Made by a program: the position numbers and the translations under genes. A stretch of DNA of 63,716 bases, the filler included, from Octopus bimaculoides (Eukaryota): the NCBI RefSeq assembly GCF_001194135.2. It is 7 parts of 6 records of this genome, joined end to end, with 100 filler letters (N's around TTAATTAATTAA, not from the genome) between each part and the next. Parts side by side here need not be neighbours in the genome. Positions count along the whole stretch, not along the records: positions 1 to 10,415 come from NC_069004.1; positions 10,516 to 17,313 come from NC_069003.1; 5 more parts are not named here. One strand, given 5' to 3'. Positions within the stretch are counted from its first letter, which is position 1. Each line of letters begins with the position of its first letter. Shown one piece after another: positions 1 to 10,974 of the stretch. Under the pieces are notes generated by a model. That model was not told the DNA's origin. It did no database searches and saw only the letters and a list, made by a program, of their open reading frames with translations.

Positions 1-250
1 CCTGTCGTATATATGTATATATATATGTATATGTGTATGTGTTTGTATGTCTGTGTTTGTCCTCCCAACATTGCTTGACAACCGATGCTGGTGTGTTTAT
101 GTCCCTGTAACTTAGCGGTTCGGCAAAAGAGACCGAAAGAATAAGTACTAGGCTTCCAAAGAATAAGTCCTGGGGTCGATTTGCTCGACTAAAGGCGGTG
201 CTCCAGCATGGCCACAGTCAAAAGACTGAAACAAGTAAAAGAGTAAAAGA
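1..250 (+). mobile_element. tRNA-derived SINE family A (OK-like), 3' two-thirds
   Basis: Internal TA/TG run, then cgacaaccgatgctggtgtgttt...aataagtcctggggtcgatttgctcgactaaaggcggtgctccagcatggcc...gaaacaagtaaaaga; collinear with the copy at 10020-10415. Confidence 0.85.
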
Positions 251-393
251 TATATATATATATATATTATATACAAACACACGTGCACATATATACACAC
301 ATGGTGTACTGTTCATTTGCTGATGATCAGCAAAAAAAAAAAACCCTCAGAATGTGGAAAAATTAGACATTCAACCAAATAAAACATTAAAAA

Positions 394-849
394 TTATCCT
401 TGTGAGTCAATTACTTGGCCATCAGATATTTCCCAGTCTGTGTAACTCATAATATCAATTTGTTTCAACTTATTCAATGCATAACTTTGCCAGTCCTTGT
501 TGGCAGCCGGATTAGCTGGACTCGGATGCATGAGGGTCTCAATACGAAGGTGGGAGAAAAGGTCCTGCTGCAAGCCTTTGACCGCTTTCGATGCGTTCTC
601 GCTGGCAAAGTTGCCGATGCCGATAACGAGCTTCACCTGCAACAACTGCACCACCTGCAGGAAAGAATGGTTGCATGCTGCGATTAACTGTTTGCGTTCT
701 TTGATTTTGAGTTTCCCAGGTGAGATGATTTTGGGCGAAGTCTTCATGAACAGAAGTGGGCAGAGGTTGTGTACGTAACAGTCTTTGAAGAATACTTCTG
801 GGGTTCCGCAAAGAAGTTTGAAGATTTTCCAAAACCGTCGACCACTGAC
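394..849 (-). CDS. SMUG1: SMUG1 (single-strand-selective monofunctional uracil-DNA glycosylase), last coding exon
   Basis: Hand translation from the acceptor (ttgtctttgcaatag|GTC, exon starts 849, in frame with ORF 394..747) gives VSGRRFWKIFKLLCGTPEVFFKDCYVHNLCPLLF...QVVQLLQVKLVIGIG...ETLMHPSPANPAANKDW...stop. This matches human SMUG1 (VSGARFW...CFVHNLCPLLF...HPSPRNPQANKGW), with the catalytic Asn and His retained. Confidence 0.95.
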   Translation of the reverse strand, partial: VSGRRFWKIFKLLCGTPEVFFKDCYVHNLCPLLFMKTSPKIISPGKLKIKERKQLIAACNHSFLQVVQLLQVKLVIGIGNFASENASKAVKGLQQDLFSHLRIETLMHPSPANPAANKDWQSYALNKLKQIDIMSYTDWEISDGQVIDSQG

Positions 850-1189
850 CTATTGCAAAGACAAAAATAAATAAATAAAAAACAAATTTTTTTTTTTTAA
901 ATAGGAAAAGGGCAATGAGAAGTGGTGTGGTCTTCATTCAACACAATAAAGATGCAAGCAAATGGTGGAGGGAGCCTCTATGTGGTCTGCTCGACCTGCT
1001 AGAAATAACAGTCAAATATTCTCAAATTACACTGTCTTAAAAAAAAGGAAGGACAAATTAGATAATGAAATTTACTGAAAAGACAGTGTGGATCATGGCT
1101 GGAATCACTTTGAACACGCTTGTTTGATTAGAACTGATCTGGAAATAACAAGAATTATAACAACAGGAGCAGTGACTATGATGATAACA

Positions 1190-1410
1190 GTGATAAATGG
1201 TGGTTGTGGTGGTGGTGGTGGTGGTGGTGGTCATGGTGGTAGTAATTATGGTAGCGGTGGAAGTTTTGAGAGTGGTGATGGTTGTGATGGTAGTTTTGAG
1301 TGTAGAGGTGGTGATAATGGTGGTGGTAGTGGTGGTTTTGGTGGTGATAGTGCCGATGGTGGTGATGATGGCAGTGGTGGTGGTGGAGGTAATGGTGACG
1401 GTAGTGATAA
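1190..1410 (+). repeat. (GGT)n-rich degenerate trinucleotide array
   Basis: Direct reading; it produces the spurious poly-V/G/T ORFs. Confidence 0.9.
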
Positions 1411-1509
1411 TAATGAGGATGGTATTAAAAAGCATATCGTTATATTTCAGGATGGTCATTTTCTTTCTTTTTTTTTTGTGCCAAAAACACATGCTATAAT
1501 TTGTTTTTC

Positions 1510-1726
1510 ATTGTTCTTATTTTATCTTATGTTCAATTGTCTGGAAATCATTCGTCACACACCTGTGACCTCTTGAGTGACTCTTCATCTCACGTGTCTC
1601 TTCCTGTTCTGTTTGGACTAGGCGGAGCTGGAGGATACACGTGGATGGAAAAAGTGTCACTGAAGAGGTCACAGATGTGTGACGAAAGATTTCCAGACAA
1701 TGGACTTGAGATTAAATAAGAACAAT
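1510..1726. repeat. Imperfect inverted repeat / foldback (MITE-like) in SMUG1 intron
   Basis: The left arm attgttcttatt...ttgtctggaaatcattcgtcacacacctgtgacctcttgagtgac...cacgtgtctc is the reverse complement of the right arm gatacacgtg...gtcactgaagaggtcacagatgtgtgacgaaagatttccagacaa...ataagaacaat, with a ~30-nt loop. Confidence 0.85.
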
Positions 1727-3480
1727 AATAAATGAGTGAAGAATGAATATATAATGAATGTGTTTATTTGGAAAGAAAAAAAAACAACAATTACCATCCT
1801 AAAATATAACAAAATTTGTTTCAACACATGATTTCACATCAGGATTCTTGCGAAAACAAATTCATAAATGTATTAAAAACGTATTAATGACAGAAAAAAG
1901 TCAAAGGAATTATTATTAATTAAATAAAGAAAATGTTTATTAATTATAATTTTTAATTTTATAATAGAAATTTACATGATGGTGAGTCAATAATCTACCA
2001 ACGATTTTGTAATGGGTCCATTAAATTTCTTTAAATATTCCTCATAAAAATTGGTTAATTACACAAAAGAACTAATGAATTATCGTTTTTTAATTAAGAA
2101 ATTTATTTTATTAATTATAATTAATTTGTTGTGTCTGGAGGGCGTCATTCTACCTTAATATCTAACAAAGACACTCACCAGTTCCATTTCCACTCATTTA
2201 TTTATTTAGTTATTTTTTTGGTGTTTTCAAAGAATTTTCGTTGCTTTGTCAATGGATGTCGAAACTGTCCGTTATTGGAACCACGTTCCTTTGGTCTCTT
2301 TGAGATTCTGTTGCGTGCATGTGTACTTGTGTATGCACCTATGTAAGAATGTAGGTAAGTACGTACGTACCTACGTACGTATGTATGTGTGAGTGTGTAT
2401 GTGTGTGTACGTATGTATGTATGTATGCATGCATGTATGTATCTATGTCTGAGTGTGTATGTCTGTGTGTGCATGTACGTACGTATGTATCAATGTATTC
2501 TGCATATCCATGTGTTTGTGTGTGCTTGCATGTAAGTATGCATGTGTATGTGTGTGTATTTGAGTGTTTATCTCTGTTGCGTGTGTCTATGTGTAAGAGT
2601 TTGTGTGATTATTTACGTGCGTCTGTTATGTATGGATGTGTGCCTTTGTGTGTATGCGTATGTGTATATGGTGTACCTATTTACCTACCTCTACGTATAT
2701 ATCTATATATCTACCTACATATCTATTTACGGCGATCATATCTATTTAATTACCCATCTATTTTATTTTATTATTTCATTTTTTTTTTAGAAATTTACTA
2801 ATTGGGACTTGATAAGTATATCAATGATTCCATGAAGGAAGTCAATGACTTAAAAAAGTTCACTGATCCGTGACATGGCATTAACTTGTGTGGAATGGTC
2901 AAGTCATCCGAGTCACTCCTGCAGTGACGCTGGGTCTAAGCTGTCCATGGAGTTCCACAACATTGCCACCGCCATCACTGCCAGAGCAACAACAACTATT
3001 ACTGCTGCTGCTGGTCGTTTATTTTATCCACAATAAAAAGCATGAAGTCAGACGAAAAGTAATTTGCTATCCAAGGACATTGAAAGATGATCCTTAATAG
3101 TAAATATATTAATTCTGACAGCTGGGTCCCTCACCACCCAAGGCAAATAAGAGCAATGGCGCCTTATGGTATTTATTTATTGACAATAAACATCGATTAG
3201 AATTGTTCCCCAAGACCTGTGCCATTCCCAACAGATCAAATGCTCAGTGTGTACAAGCCTTAAGATGACACTTGTCTGACAGACAACCGATCGAGTCAAC
3301 CACTTCTCTGCTCTTAATAATTCTGATGAGCCCATCCACCACATCACTTCAGTTCACTTAATCACAAACTACACCCATGATGGCGGCGGCGACGAAGACG
3401 ATGACAGTAACAACAACAACGACTACAACACAATAATAAGCATTGTTCTAGCAAGGAAATAAAATGTTAGGACGGTATTA

Positions 3481-3875
3481 GTATTTTAAGTGGACTTTGT
3501 TCAAATTTTGGTACCCAAACCTTCTGTCGTTGCCATTTTAGAGGCTTTAGTGTATACATACTTTAAAATGGAGCGGTAGGGGAGGAATGTAGTGGGGAGT
3601 GCAGAGATAACATAAAAAAGTAAGAGTTTTAGTGAAAGAGAAGAAATGTCAAAAATATTATGAGTGTTTTGAGTGGACTTTGTTCAAATTTTAGTACCAT
3701 CACTGTTCCTTAATAGCTATTTTAGATAGTTCATTTTGAGATGGTGGTGGTAGTGAGCAAAGTACGAAGGGGGCGAAGATAACATGAAAAGTAAAGAGTT
3801 TGATGGGGAAAGGTGTCAAAAATATTTATTACATGAATGTTTTGAGTGGACTTTGTTCAAATTTTAGAAAGCTCT
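3481..3875. repeat. Diverged tandem repeat, ~173-183-bp period, ~2.2 copies
   Basis: gtggactttgttcaaatttt starts at 3490, 3673 and 3846; the blocks gataacat..aaaagt..agagttt and tgtcaaaaatatt recur in register. Confidence 0.8.
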
Positions 3876-5034
3876 CGCTTTCGTTTACATATTTTGCATT
3901 GAGTTGTATTAACAGAAAGCAGAAAGGTTAGATAGGGAGTATGACTACGAGAGAGAGAGAGAGAGAGAGAGTGGGGGAAGTGAGAGAAAGGCCGAGTCTG
4001 ATAATGTAAGTATTACTGTCGACATATTATTCACATTATTTCTTATAATAATCACATCAGTAATTTAATTAATAATTACTGATGGTGTGTGTTGAACAAT
4101 AAGGCCATTTTTTTCGGCAATCTAGTTTACTAACACCTACTGTCTACCCTGAGGGAACACGACCTTCCTTGGAGTCAACCTTTTGCATGTTCTTTGTATC
4201 ACATCTGATACATAGAACATGATTCCCTGGTATAGATGCAAAATATATGATACACATTCCCGATTTTTTTTCAACCACCAGTATAACTTGGGACTTATGA
4301 AAGGTAAGCTTTAGGACAAACTAAACGTCTGAAAACAAACATTGGAGGTTTAGTACCAACTTTAAAAGATTTGGACAGGCAAATGGTTAATCCTTTTGTT
4401 ATCATATTTTTGTTGAAATACACTGTCATTGTTTCAATTAATTTTGAAAATAATAGAGGATTTATCAAAATAACTTTGTTGTTATTAAGCTGGTGTTTGG
4501 GACATAAACTAGCACAAAGTTTTCATTTAGATCACTTTAACCCTTTTGCTATCCTATGTTATCACAGGTGATACACAAGACATATATCCCCGGTGTTCAT
4601 GCATCATATATGATAGACATTCCCAATGTCTTCAACGATCTGAGTATTTTGTGACAAAGGAAAAGAAAGCCGCCAGCTTGGCGATCTTTTATGGAAAAGG
4701 CCGATATTTAGGACTCGTACCGTAAGATCGCCGAAAGCTTTTATATTACTCAGAACATATAAAACAAGGGCTATCTAAAAATCTGAAAACATACATGAAC
4801 GTTTAGGACAAACTTAGGAAAATGCTTTGAACAGGGAGAGGTTTAAAGTATTGACTTCATAACCATAAAGTTATGGGTTCAATTCCTAAGCTTAAGCAGG
4901 CTAGTTCATTTCAATGTTGTTCCAGTCTACTTGGCTGTAAATAAGAACCAGTCTACTTGGCTGTAAATAAGAACCAGTCTAGTTTTGGTGCAGCCTCTCT
5001 ACCCCCCNNNNNNNNNNCCCTCATCTCTCACTCT

Positions 5035-5300
5035 CTTTGGCTGTCGTATGCTGGGTCAAGGTCAGCAGACAAAGGCACTATGTCTGCTCACAACTGCATA
5101 AGCAATTAGCATGGTGTGTGAGTCACCAGGCCATACTCAAGAAATTATGCAAAGAGGCCATTTACAAACACACACACTGCCCACTACCACTACAACGACC
5201 ACCACCAACAACAACACCATCATCATCTTCATTGCCAGTCCTCAGTCAAACCCTCCAACCCATGCCAGCATGGAAAGCAGACGTTAAACAATGATGATGA
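5035..5300 (+). mobile_element. SINE-like family D with (GAT)n tail
   Basis: The 3' end ccagtcctcagtcaaacc..ccaacccatgccagcatggaa...gacgttaaa..atgatgatg is the reverse complement of 8405-8480. Confidence 0.6.
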
Positions 5301-6042
5301 TATATATGTAGTATGGAATGAAGAATTTTGGAATATAGATTAGGTGGTTGGACAGGTCAGTGCTTAGTAGAAGAAAATATATATGTGAAGATGTATACAT
5401 ATGTATATATTAGACATGTATGTATATCTATACAGATGTTTATACATATCAATATCTACACATACAACTCGTACTCATATGTACAGAAGATGTTAAAAGT
5501 TTTATAAAATTTTAATCCATGCATACGATCGTTTCAAAATGGAGACATTAACATGAAAGAAACATGGAAAAAATTAAATGGAGAGAGGAGGCTGGTATGC
5601 ATGGACGACTGCTGGTCTTCCATAAACAACCTTGCCTGGACTTCTGCCTGGGAGGGTAACTTTCTAGGTGCAATCCCATGGTCATTCGTGACAGAAGAGG
5701 GTCTCCGATATGTCGTGTATTTGAATATATAAAATAAAATAAAAACTTGTTTATATTTTGTCCCTTTATGTTCCCTTGGTGGCTTAATGAATAAAGATTA
5801 CCAAAATAAATGAAATGAGCTCTGGGGTCAATACGTTTTGACTGAAAACGCTGGATGGAGGTGCCCCAGCATGGCCGTAGTCCAACAACTAAAACCAATA
5901 AAAGAAAGAAAGATGGAGAAGAAGAAAGAGAAGATTGATTGATTGAATGAATGAATGATGAGTAATGATTGAGGAATGAAAGAATGACAAATTACAAAAC
6001 ATTAAAAAGAAAACAAAAACAAAATGTCTATAAAATACATAC

Positions 6043-6162
6043 TTCCTTTTTCTGACATTCCAATCCAAGGACTGGACGTTTTGAATGTTCCCTTGGTGGT
6101 TTCCCTATGATGCCATCAATCTTCAACCAATTCCGGACAGTACTACAGTCTCCAAATGGTAC
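6043..6162 (-). CDS. SMUG1: SMUG1 internal coding exon (120 nt, phase 0/0)
   Basis: Acceptor ttcttttcctgacatttcccccag|GTA and donor GAA|gtatgt. The 40 codons read [40 protein letters not shown], matching human VPFGEVSMVRDWLGI...[19 protein letters not shown]. It splices in frame to the 849-394 exon. It is not called as a separate ORF in the track. Confidence 0.95.
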
Positions 6163-6193
6163 CTGGGGGAAATGTCAGGAAAAGAATCTTGTA

Positions 6194-6483
6194 CATGGAT
6201 GGATGGATAGATGGAAGAATGATCAGACGGATGGAAGGACAGCTGAATGGACAGAAGAATGGACAGAATGACAGAGGATGGACAGATGGAAGGAGAGAAT
6301 GACAGAGGATGGACAGACGGAAGGATGGACAAATGGATGGATGGAAGGACGGATGGACAGGAGAGATGGCTGAATGGAAGGACAGACGGACAGCTATGGA
6401 AAGACAGTTGGATGGACAGAAGGACAGATGGAAGGATGGAAGGAAGGACAGTTAGATGGACAGATGGATGGATGAATGGAAGA
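6194..6483 (+). repeat. Compound (TGGA/GGAC/GACA)n array immediately upstream of the SMUG1 exon acceptor
   Basis: Direct reading. Confidence 0.9.
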
Positions 6484-6652
6484 TCTTTATACTTGCTCAG
6501 TTTTTGGTAGGTCTTGACAGATACGTTTATATCGGTTGGGACAGTCATATCAATGGGGAGGCATAATTTTTGTCTGAAGTCTATCAATATAATATTTGGC
6601 CTATTTGCATCTATCTTTCTGTCAGTTTGAATGGTGAAGTTCCAGAGGAGTG

Positions 6653-6655
<3 letters not shown>
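6484..6655 (-). mobile_element. R4/Dong-like LINE, restriction-like endonuclease fragment
   Basis: Translates to KSLLWNFTIQTDRKIDANRPNIILID...CLPIDMTVPTDINVSVKTYQKLSKYKDL, the WDF.IQTD...RPD...D..VP..K..KY.DL signature. Confidence 0.8.
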
Positions 6656-6694
<39 letters not shown>

Positions 6695-6707
6695 TATTAT
6701 TATTATT

Positions 6708-6870
6708 CTGCTGAGGTCAACTTTGCCCTTCATCCTTTCGGGGTTGATGAATTAAGNNNNNNNNNNGGTTGATGAATTAAGTACCAGTGAAACACTGGGG
6801 TCAATGCAATCAACTATCCCCCTCCCCCTAAATTTCAGGCCTTGTACCTTTAGTAGAAAGGATTATTATC
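6708..6870 (+). mobile_element. SINE family B, 3' part
   Basis: gaggtcaactttgcccttcatcctttcggggttgat...aagtaccagt..cactggggtcaat...cctcccc..aaatttcaggccttgt; matches 19626-19790. Confidence 0.75.
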
Positions 6871-7039
6871 ATTATTATTTTTATTGCTCTGAAAAATACT
6901 TCAAGAGTTTCCTTTCCTGGAACAAGAATTCGGTGTATCTTGGAATTTCAAAGAAATGTTGAGCCAAAGTGAATGAAAATATTCAAGGTGAACACTATTT
7001 AGTTTAACATATTCCTTACCATAGAACACAGACGGAGTG

Positions 7040-7345
7040 GTGGTGGTGGTGGTGGTGGTGATGGTGGTTTTGGTGGTGGTGGTGGCAGTGTTTGTGGTGG
7101 TGATGTTGGTGATAATGATAGTGTTGTTGTTGTTGTTCTTGGTGGTGGTGGTGGTAGTGGTGGCAGTGTTGATGGTGGTAGTAGCTGTAGTAAATGGAGT
7201 AGTAATACTGGCTGCAGCAGTACTAAGGTATTGATAGTAGTAGTAGAAGTGGTGGTGGTGGTTGTGGTGGTGGTGGTAGTGGTGGTGGTGGTGGTGTTAG
7301 TAGTAATTGCAGTAACAGCCACAGCAGATGTAGTGGTGATGGCAG
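7040..7345 (+). repeat. (GGT/GTA/GTT)n degenerate trinucleotide array
   Basis: Direct reading. Confidence 0.9.
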
Positions 7346-7802
7346 GAGTGGTAGAATAAGCAACAGCAATTGCAATACGAGGAGGAAGAGGAGGGGTGAG
7401 GACAGAAGAGTCCGTCGGCATAGCAACGTTCCTTGCAGCCAGACTGTGCCTAATGGAAGAAGCAAGATTCATTGCTGGATCTTGTACAACTTTCCCTGGC
7501 CCACCTCCCTTGATTCAAGCTTTCAATTCTCATGTCCAATAGATGTGATAGCATTGTTAACCCTGAGAAGAAGTGAGGAGCCATGATATGGCCCTTGTTG
7601 CTAAACAACCCCACCATCACCACCACCTCTCCTATCATATTGATAGGGCTGGGGGTTGGAGTGTATTGCCACAAATACCCCCATGGAGGTGGGGGTCAAT
7701 TTGGAGCCACTTGTTTTCTTCCTCTTCCCCTCTGGTCCTGGTTAATCGTCTTCTCGAGGGGAGGGGTTATTCAATTTCATTGACCCCCGCCCACCCCAAA
7801 TA

Positions 7803-8070
7803 CTTATCCTTTATCTTTTACTTGTTTCAGTCATTTGACTGCGGCCATGCTGGGGCACTGCCTTGAAGGGTTCTAACTCTGCGAAACAGATCGATGCTAG
7901 AACTTATTTTTTTGAAGCCCATTACTTATTCTATCGATCTCTCTTGCTGAACCATTAAGTCACAGGGACGTAAACACACCAACACCAGTTGTCAAGTGCT
8001 GGTGGGGGACAAACGCAGACACAGAGACACACACACATAAATATATACATATATATGTGTGTGTGTGTGT
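7803..8070 (-). mobile_element. SINE family A, 3' half
   Basis: ttttacttgtttcagtcatttgactgcggccatgctgggg... is the reverse complement of the family A tail. Confidence 0.8.
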
Positions 8071-8404
8071 GTATATATATGTATATGGATTAAAGTTAAC
8101 ATTTTCGTTAACAATTTAACTTTTAGGTTAACTTTGGAAATCATTATCGGACTAATTAACTTCCGTTACATTTAACTTCCGTTAACTTCAGAAAGCCCAC
8201 CAGGAATAAGACCGAAATTGAGCCAAACCAAAATAATAATGATTTCAAATTTTGGCACAAGGCCAGCAATTGGGGGTAGGGGTGGGGAAGAGATTTAGTT
8301 GACTACATCTACACTAGTGCTCAACTGATACTTACTTTGGAAAGAAAGAAAGAAGGAAAGAAAGAAAGAAAGAAAGAAAGAAGGAAAGAAAGAAAGAAAG
8401 ACAT

Positions 8405-8645
8405 ATATCATCAGCATCATCATCATCATTTGACGTCCACCTTCCATGCTGGCATGGGTTGGACAGTTTGACTGAGGACTGGCAAGCCAGGAGGCTGCAC
8501 CAGGCTCCAATCTGATTTGGCAAGTTTTCTACAGCTGGATGCCCTTCCTAATGCCAACCATTCCGAGAGTGTAGTGGATGCATGTTATGTGCCACCAGCA
8601 CAGAGGCCAGTCAGGCAGCACTGGTATCGACCATGCTTGAATGGT
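8405..8645 (-). mobile_element. SINE-like family D
   Basis: (CAT)n followed by ttgacgtccaccttccatgctggcatgggttggacagtttgactgaggactgg; inverse of 5230-5300. Confidence 0.65.
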
Positions 8646-8654
8646 GCTATGTAC

Positions 8655-8876
8655 ATAATACATACTTACACAAACAAAGGGCTTCTTTCAGTTTCTGTGT
8701 GCCCCCCCCCCCCCCNNNNNNNNNNNNNNNNNNNNNNNNNNNNNNNNNNCACACACACAATTCCTTGGCCTGGAGATCACAGCAGAAACATACTTGCTCA
8801 AGTTGCCACGCAGTGGGGCTGAACCTGAAGTGACATGATTGGGAAGCAAACTTCTTAACCACATATCCATGGCCTC
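8655..8876 (-). mobile_element. SINE family A, 5' half (tRNA-like head)
   Basis: gggcttctttcagtttc...cttgctcaagttgccacgcagtggggctgaacc...gggaagcaaacttcttaaccaca is the reverse complement of the family A head. Confidence 0.75.
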
Positions 8877-9184
8877 ACCTGAAGAAAGACAAGACCTGGA
8901 ATCCTACCTACATCTTCTGCAAGACATCCAAAGAACAAAGATACCAGCCACAGTAAAATGGTACCAACATGTCCCAGGAGCTGGAGGGGGGTAAGTAGGT
9001 CTAGGTGAGGAAGTGTCTATGGAAAGGAAAAGAAGAAATATGGAGAATGGCTGACAAGCTTTTGGATAAGAGATTTGGGGATAGATAAGGACCTTATGGA
9101 AAGGTTGACAGTCAACCTTGTTGGTAAGTGGTGTGGAAAGGGCTGTGGGATATAAGGAAATAGGGCAAGTCAGCTTGTTGATTA

Positions 9185-9625
9185 GGGGGAGGGAGGATGG
9201 AGTGAAGTGGGGTGAAGAAGAAGGAGGAGGAGATGAGGAGAAAAGACAAAGAAGAGAGGAAGAAGGAGGAGGAGAAAAGACAAATAGAGGAATGGGAAGG
9301 GGAGGGGAAGGAAAAGGAGGAAGAGAAGAAAAAGAAAGAAGGATGAAGAGGAGGAGAAGATGAAAAGAGAATGAGGAAGAAAGAGAAGAAACAGGAAGAG
9401 AAGGGGAGGACAGGAAAAGAGGAGGGGGAGGAGAAGAAAAAAGAAAGAGAAGCAGGAAGAGGGAGAAGGAGGAGAAAAAGAAAGAAAGGTGGAGGAGAAA
9501 CAGGAAGTGGAAGGGAAGAGAAGGAAGAGGAAGAGAGGAGGAGGAGGGGAAGAAAAAGAAAGAGGAAGAGGAGAAGAAAGATGAATGGAAGAGAAAGTAA
9601 GTAAATGAAGAAGGAAAAAAGTAAC
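9185..9625 (+). repeat. Polypurine (G/A) low-complexity tract, ~440 bp
   Basis: Almost exclusively G and A (GAG/GAA/GGA units). Confidence 0.9.
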
Positions 9626-10019
9626 AAGCAACAACAACTACAACAACAACAACTGGAAGGTTTCTAATTGCCAAAGTGTTTTTCCATTCTCGACAGACAT
9701 TAGTCTGTTCTTACCAAAATAGATGCCTTAGTTAGCAATGGCACCACTATATTGGTATGTTCTGCTTTTGAAGTCTACAGGGAATGTAACAACCTTAAAA
9801 AGACTCTGCTAAACCAAAAGACTTGCTGGCACGGTGACCTCTATGTGTTTGTTCATAGCTGTTAGAAAGAGAAGTCAAATCTTCTCTCATGCCTCACCTT
9901 GCTGTCTTAGAAAGAGGGTTGGCAGCATTCTTGTGTCATTCTTCCCCTTCATGGAATCAGTGACAACCTATCAGCTTCATCATTTAGGTTTTAAAAATAA
10001 AATTAAGAAGCGTAATTAA

Positions 10020-10415
10020 TGGTGGGCACAAGCCTGGCTGTGTGGTAAGAAGTTTGCTTCCCAACCACATGGTTCCAGGTTCAGTCCCACTACGTAGCGC
10101 CTTGGGCAAGTGTCTTCTACTATAGCCTCGGGCCGACCAAAGCCTTGTGAGTGGATTTGGTAGACGGAAACTGAAAGAAGCCTGTCGTATATATGTATAT
10201 ATATATATGTTTGTGTGTCTATGTTTGTCCCCCCCAACATCGCTTGACAACCGATGCTGGTGTGTTTATGTCCCCGTAAGTTAGCAGTTCGGCAAAAAGA
10301 CCGATAGAATAAGTACTAGGCTTCGAAAGAATAAGTCCTGGGGTCGATTTGCTCGACTAAAGGCGGTGCTCCAGCATGACCACAGTCAAATGACTGAAAC
10401 AAGTAAAAGAGTAAA
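10020..10415 (+). mobile_element. SINE family A, near full length (resembles the octopus OK family; exact name unverified)
   Basis: tRNA-like head with A box (tggctgtgtggtaa) and B box (ggttcagtccc), CORE-like ccttgggcaagtgtcttc, an internal (TA/TG) microsatellite, and an A-rich tail. Confidence 0.9.
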
Positions 10416-10515
10416 NNNNNNNNNNNNNNNNNNNNNNNNNNNNNNNNNNNNNNNNNNNNTTAATTAATTAANNNNNNNNNNNNNNNNNNNNNNNNNNNNN
10501 NNNNNNNNNNNNNNN
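10416..10515. other. Artificial scaffold linker (44 N + TTAATTAATTAA + 44 N)
   Basis: Exactly 100 bp; the same cassette occurs at 17314, 31863, 49968, 52084 and 62223. Confidence 0.95.
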
Positions 10516-10819
10516 ATAGAGAGAGAGAGAGTAGAGGCGAAATGGCGTGTGAATGAGTGAGTGCGTGTGTGTGTATTTATGTATGCATCCTTTAAGTTCG
10601 TTTACGGGGATCATTTGGCAGAGTGTGGCAAGGCTGGCCATTCGCTAACCACTACACACATTTTTTTCTCTCCTTGTTTCTTTCTGTGTTCATTTCTGTG
10701 GAAGAGCGTAGGCTCGAAATGTTAAAGACTTTCTCAATTCCTGAGCGTTATACTAATACATCTGTTTGTTTCCTACACCACCTGTCTTCGTCTGTTGTTT
10801 TTTTTTTGTGAATTCTCCC

Positions 10820-10856
<37 letters not shown>

Positions 10857-10910
10857 CATATATAGTATATTTTATATATATATATGTATATGCATTGGTA
10901 AATCGATGAT

Positions 10911-10974
<64 letters not shown>

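Noticed and set aside
3205-3245. GMAQ|GT on the minus strand as a SMUG1 exon end
   Set aside because: The preceding residues (AFDLL) do not match NPGPF, and it lies downstream of the exon it would have to precede.
6999-7472. Mucin-like or proline-rich protein exon
   Set aside because: Explained by a (GGT/GTA)n array; the T-rich to P-rich switch mid-ORF indicates slippage rather than coding constraint.
7430-7478. Degenerate SMUG1 GMNPG..AQTG exon (reads AMNLASS../AQSG)
   Set aside because: Needs a frameshift and many substitutions; the upstream residues do not match and there is no donor after it.
8869-8996. Plus-strand first exon MASPEERQDLESYLHLLQ...|GTAAGT
   Set aside because: The ATG lies within the 5' end of a SINE copy, no homology was recognised, and the surroundings look repeat-derived.
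10460-10471. TTAATTAATTAA as a homeodomain site or piggyBac target cluster
   Set aside because: Always centred in exactly 44+44 N, so it is a synthetic linker.
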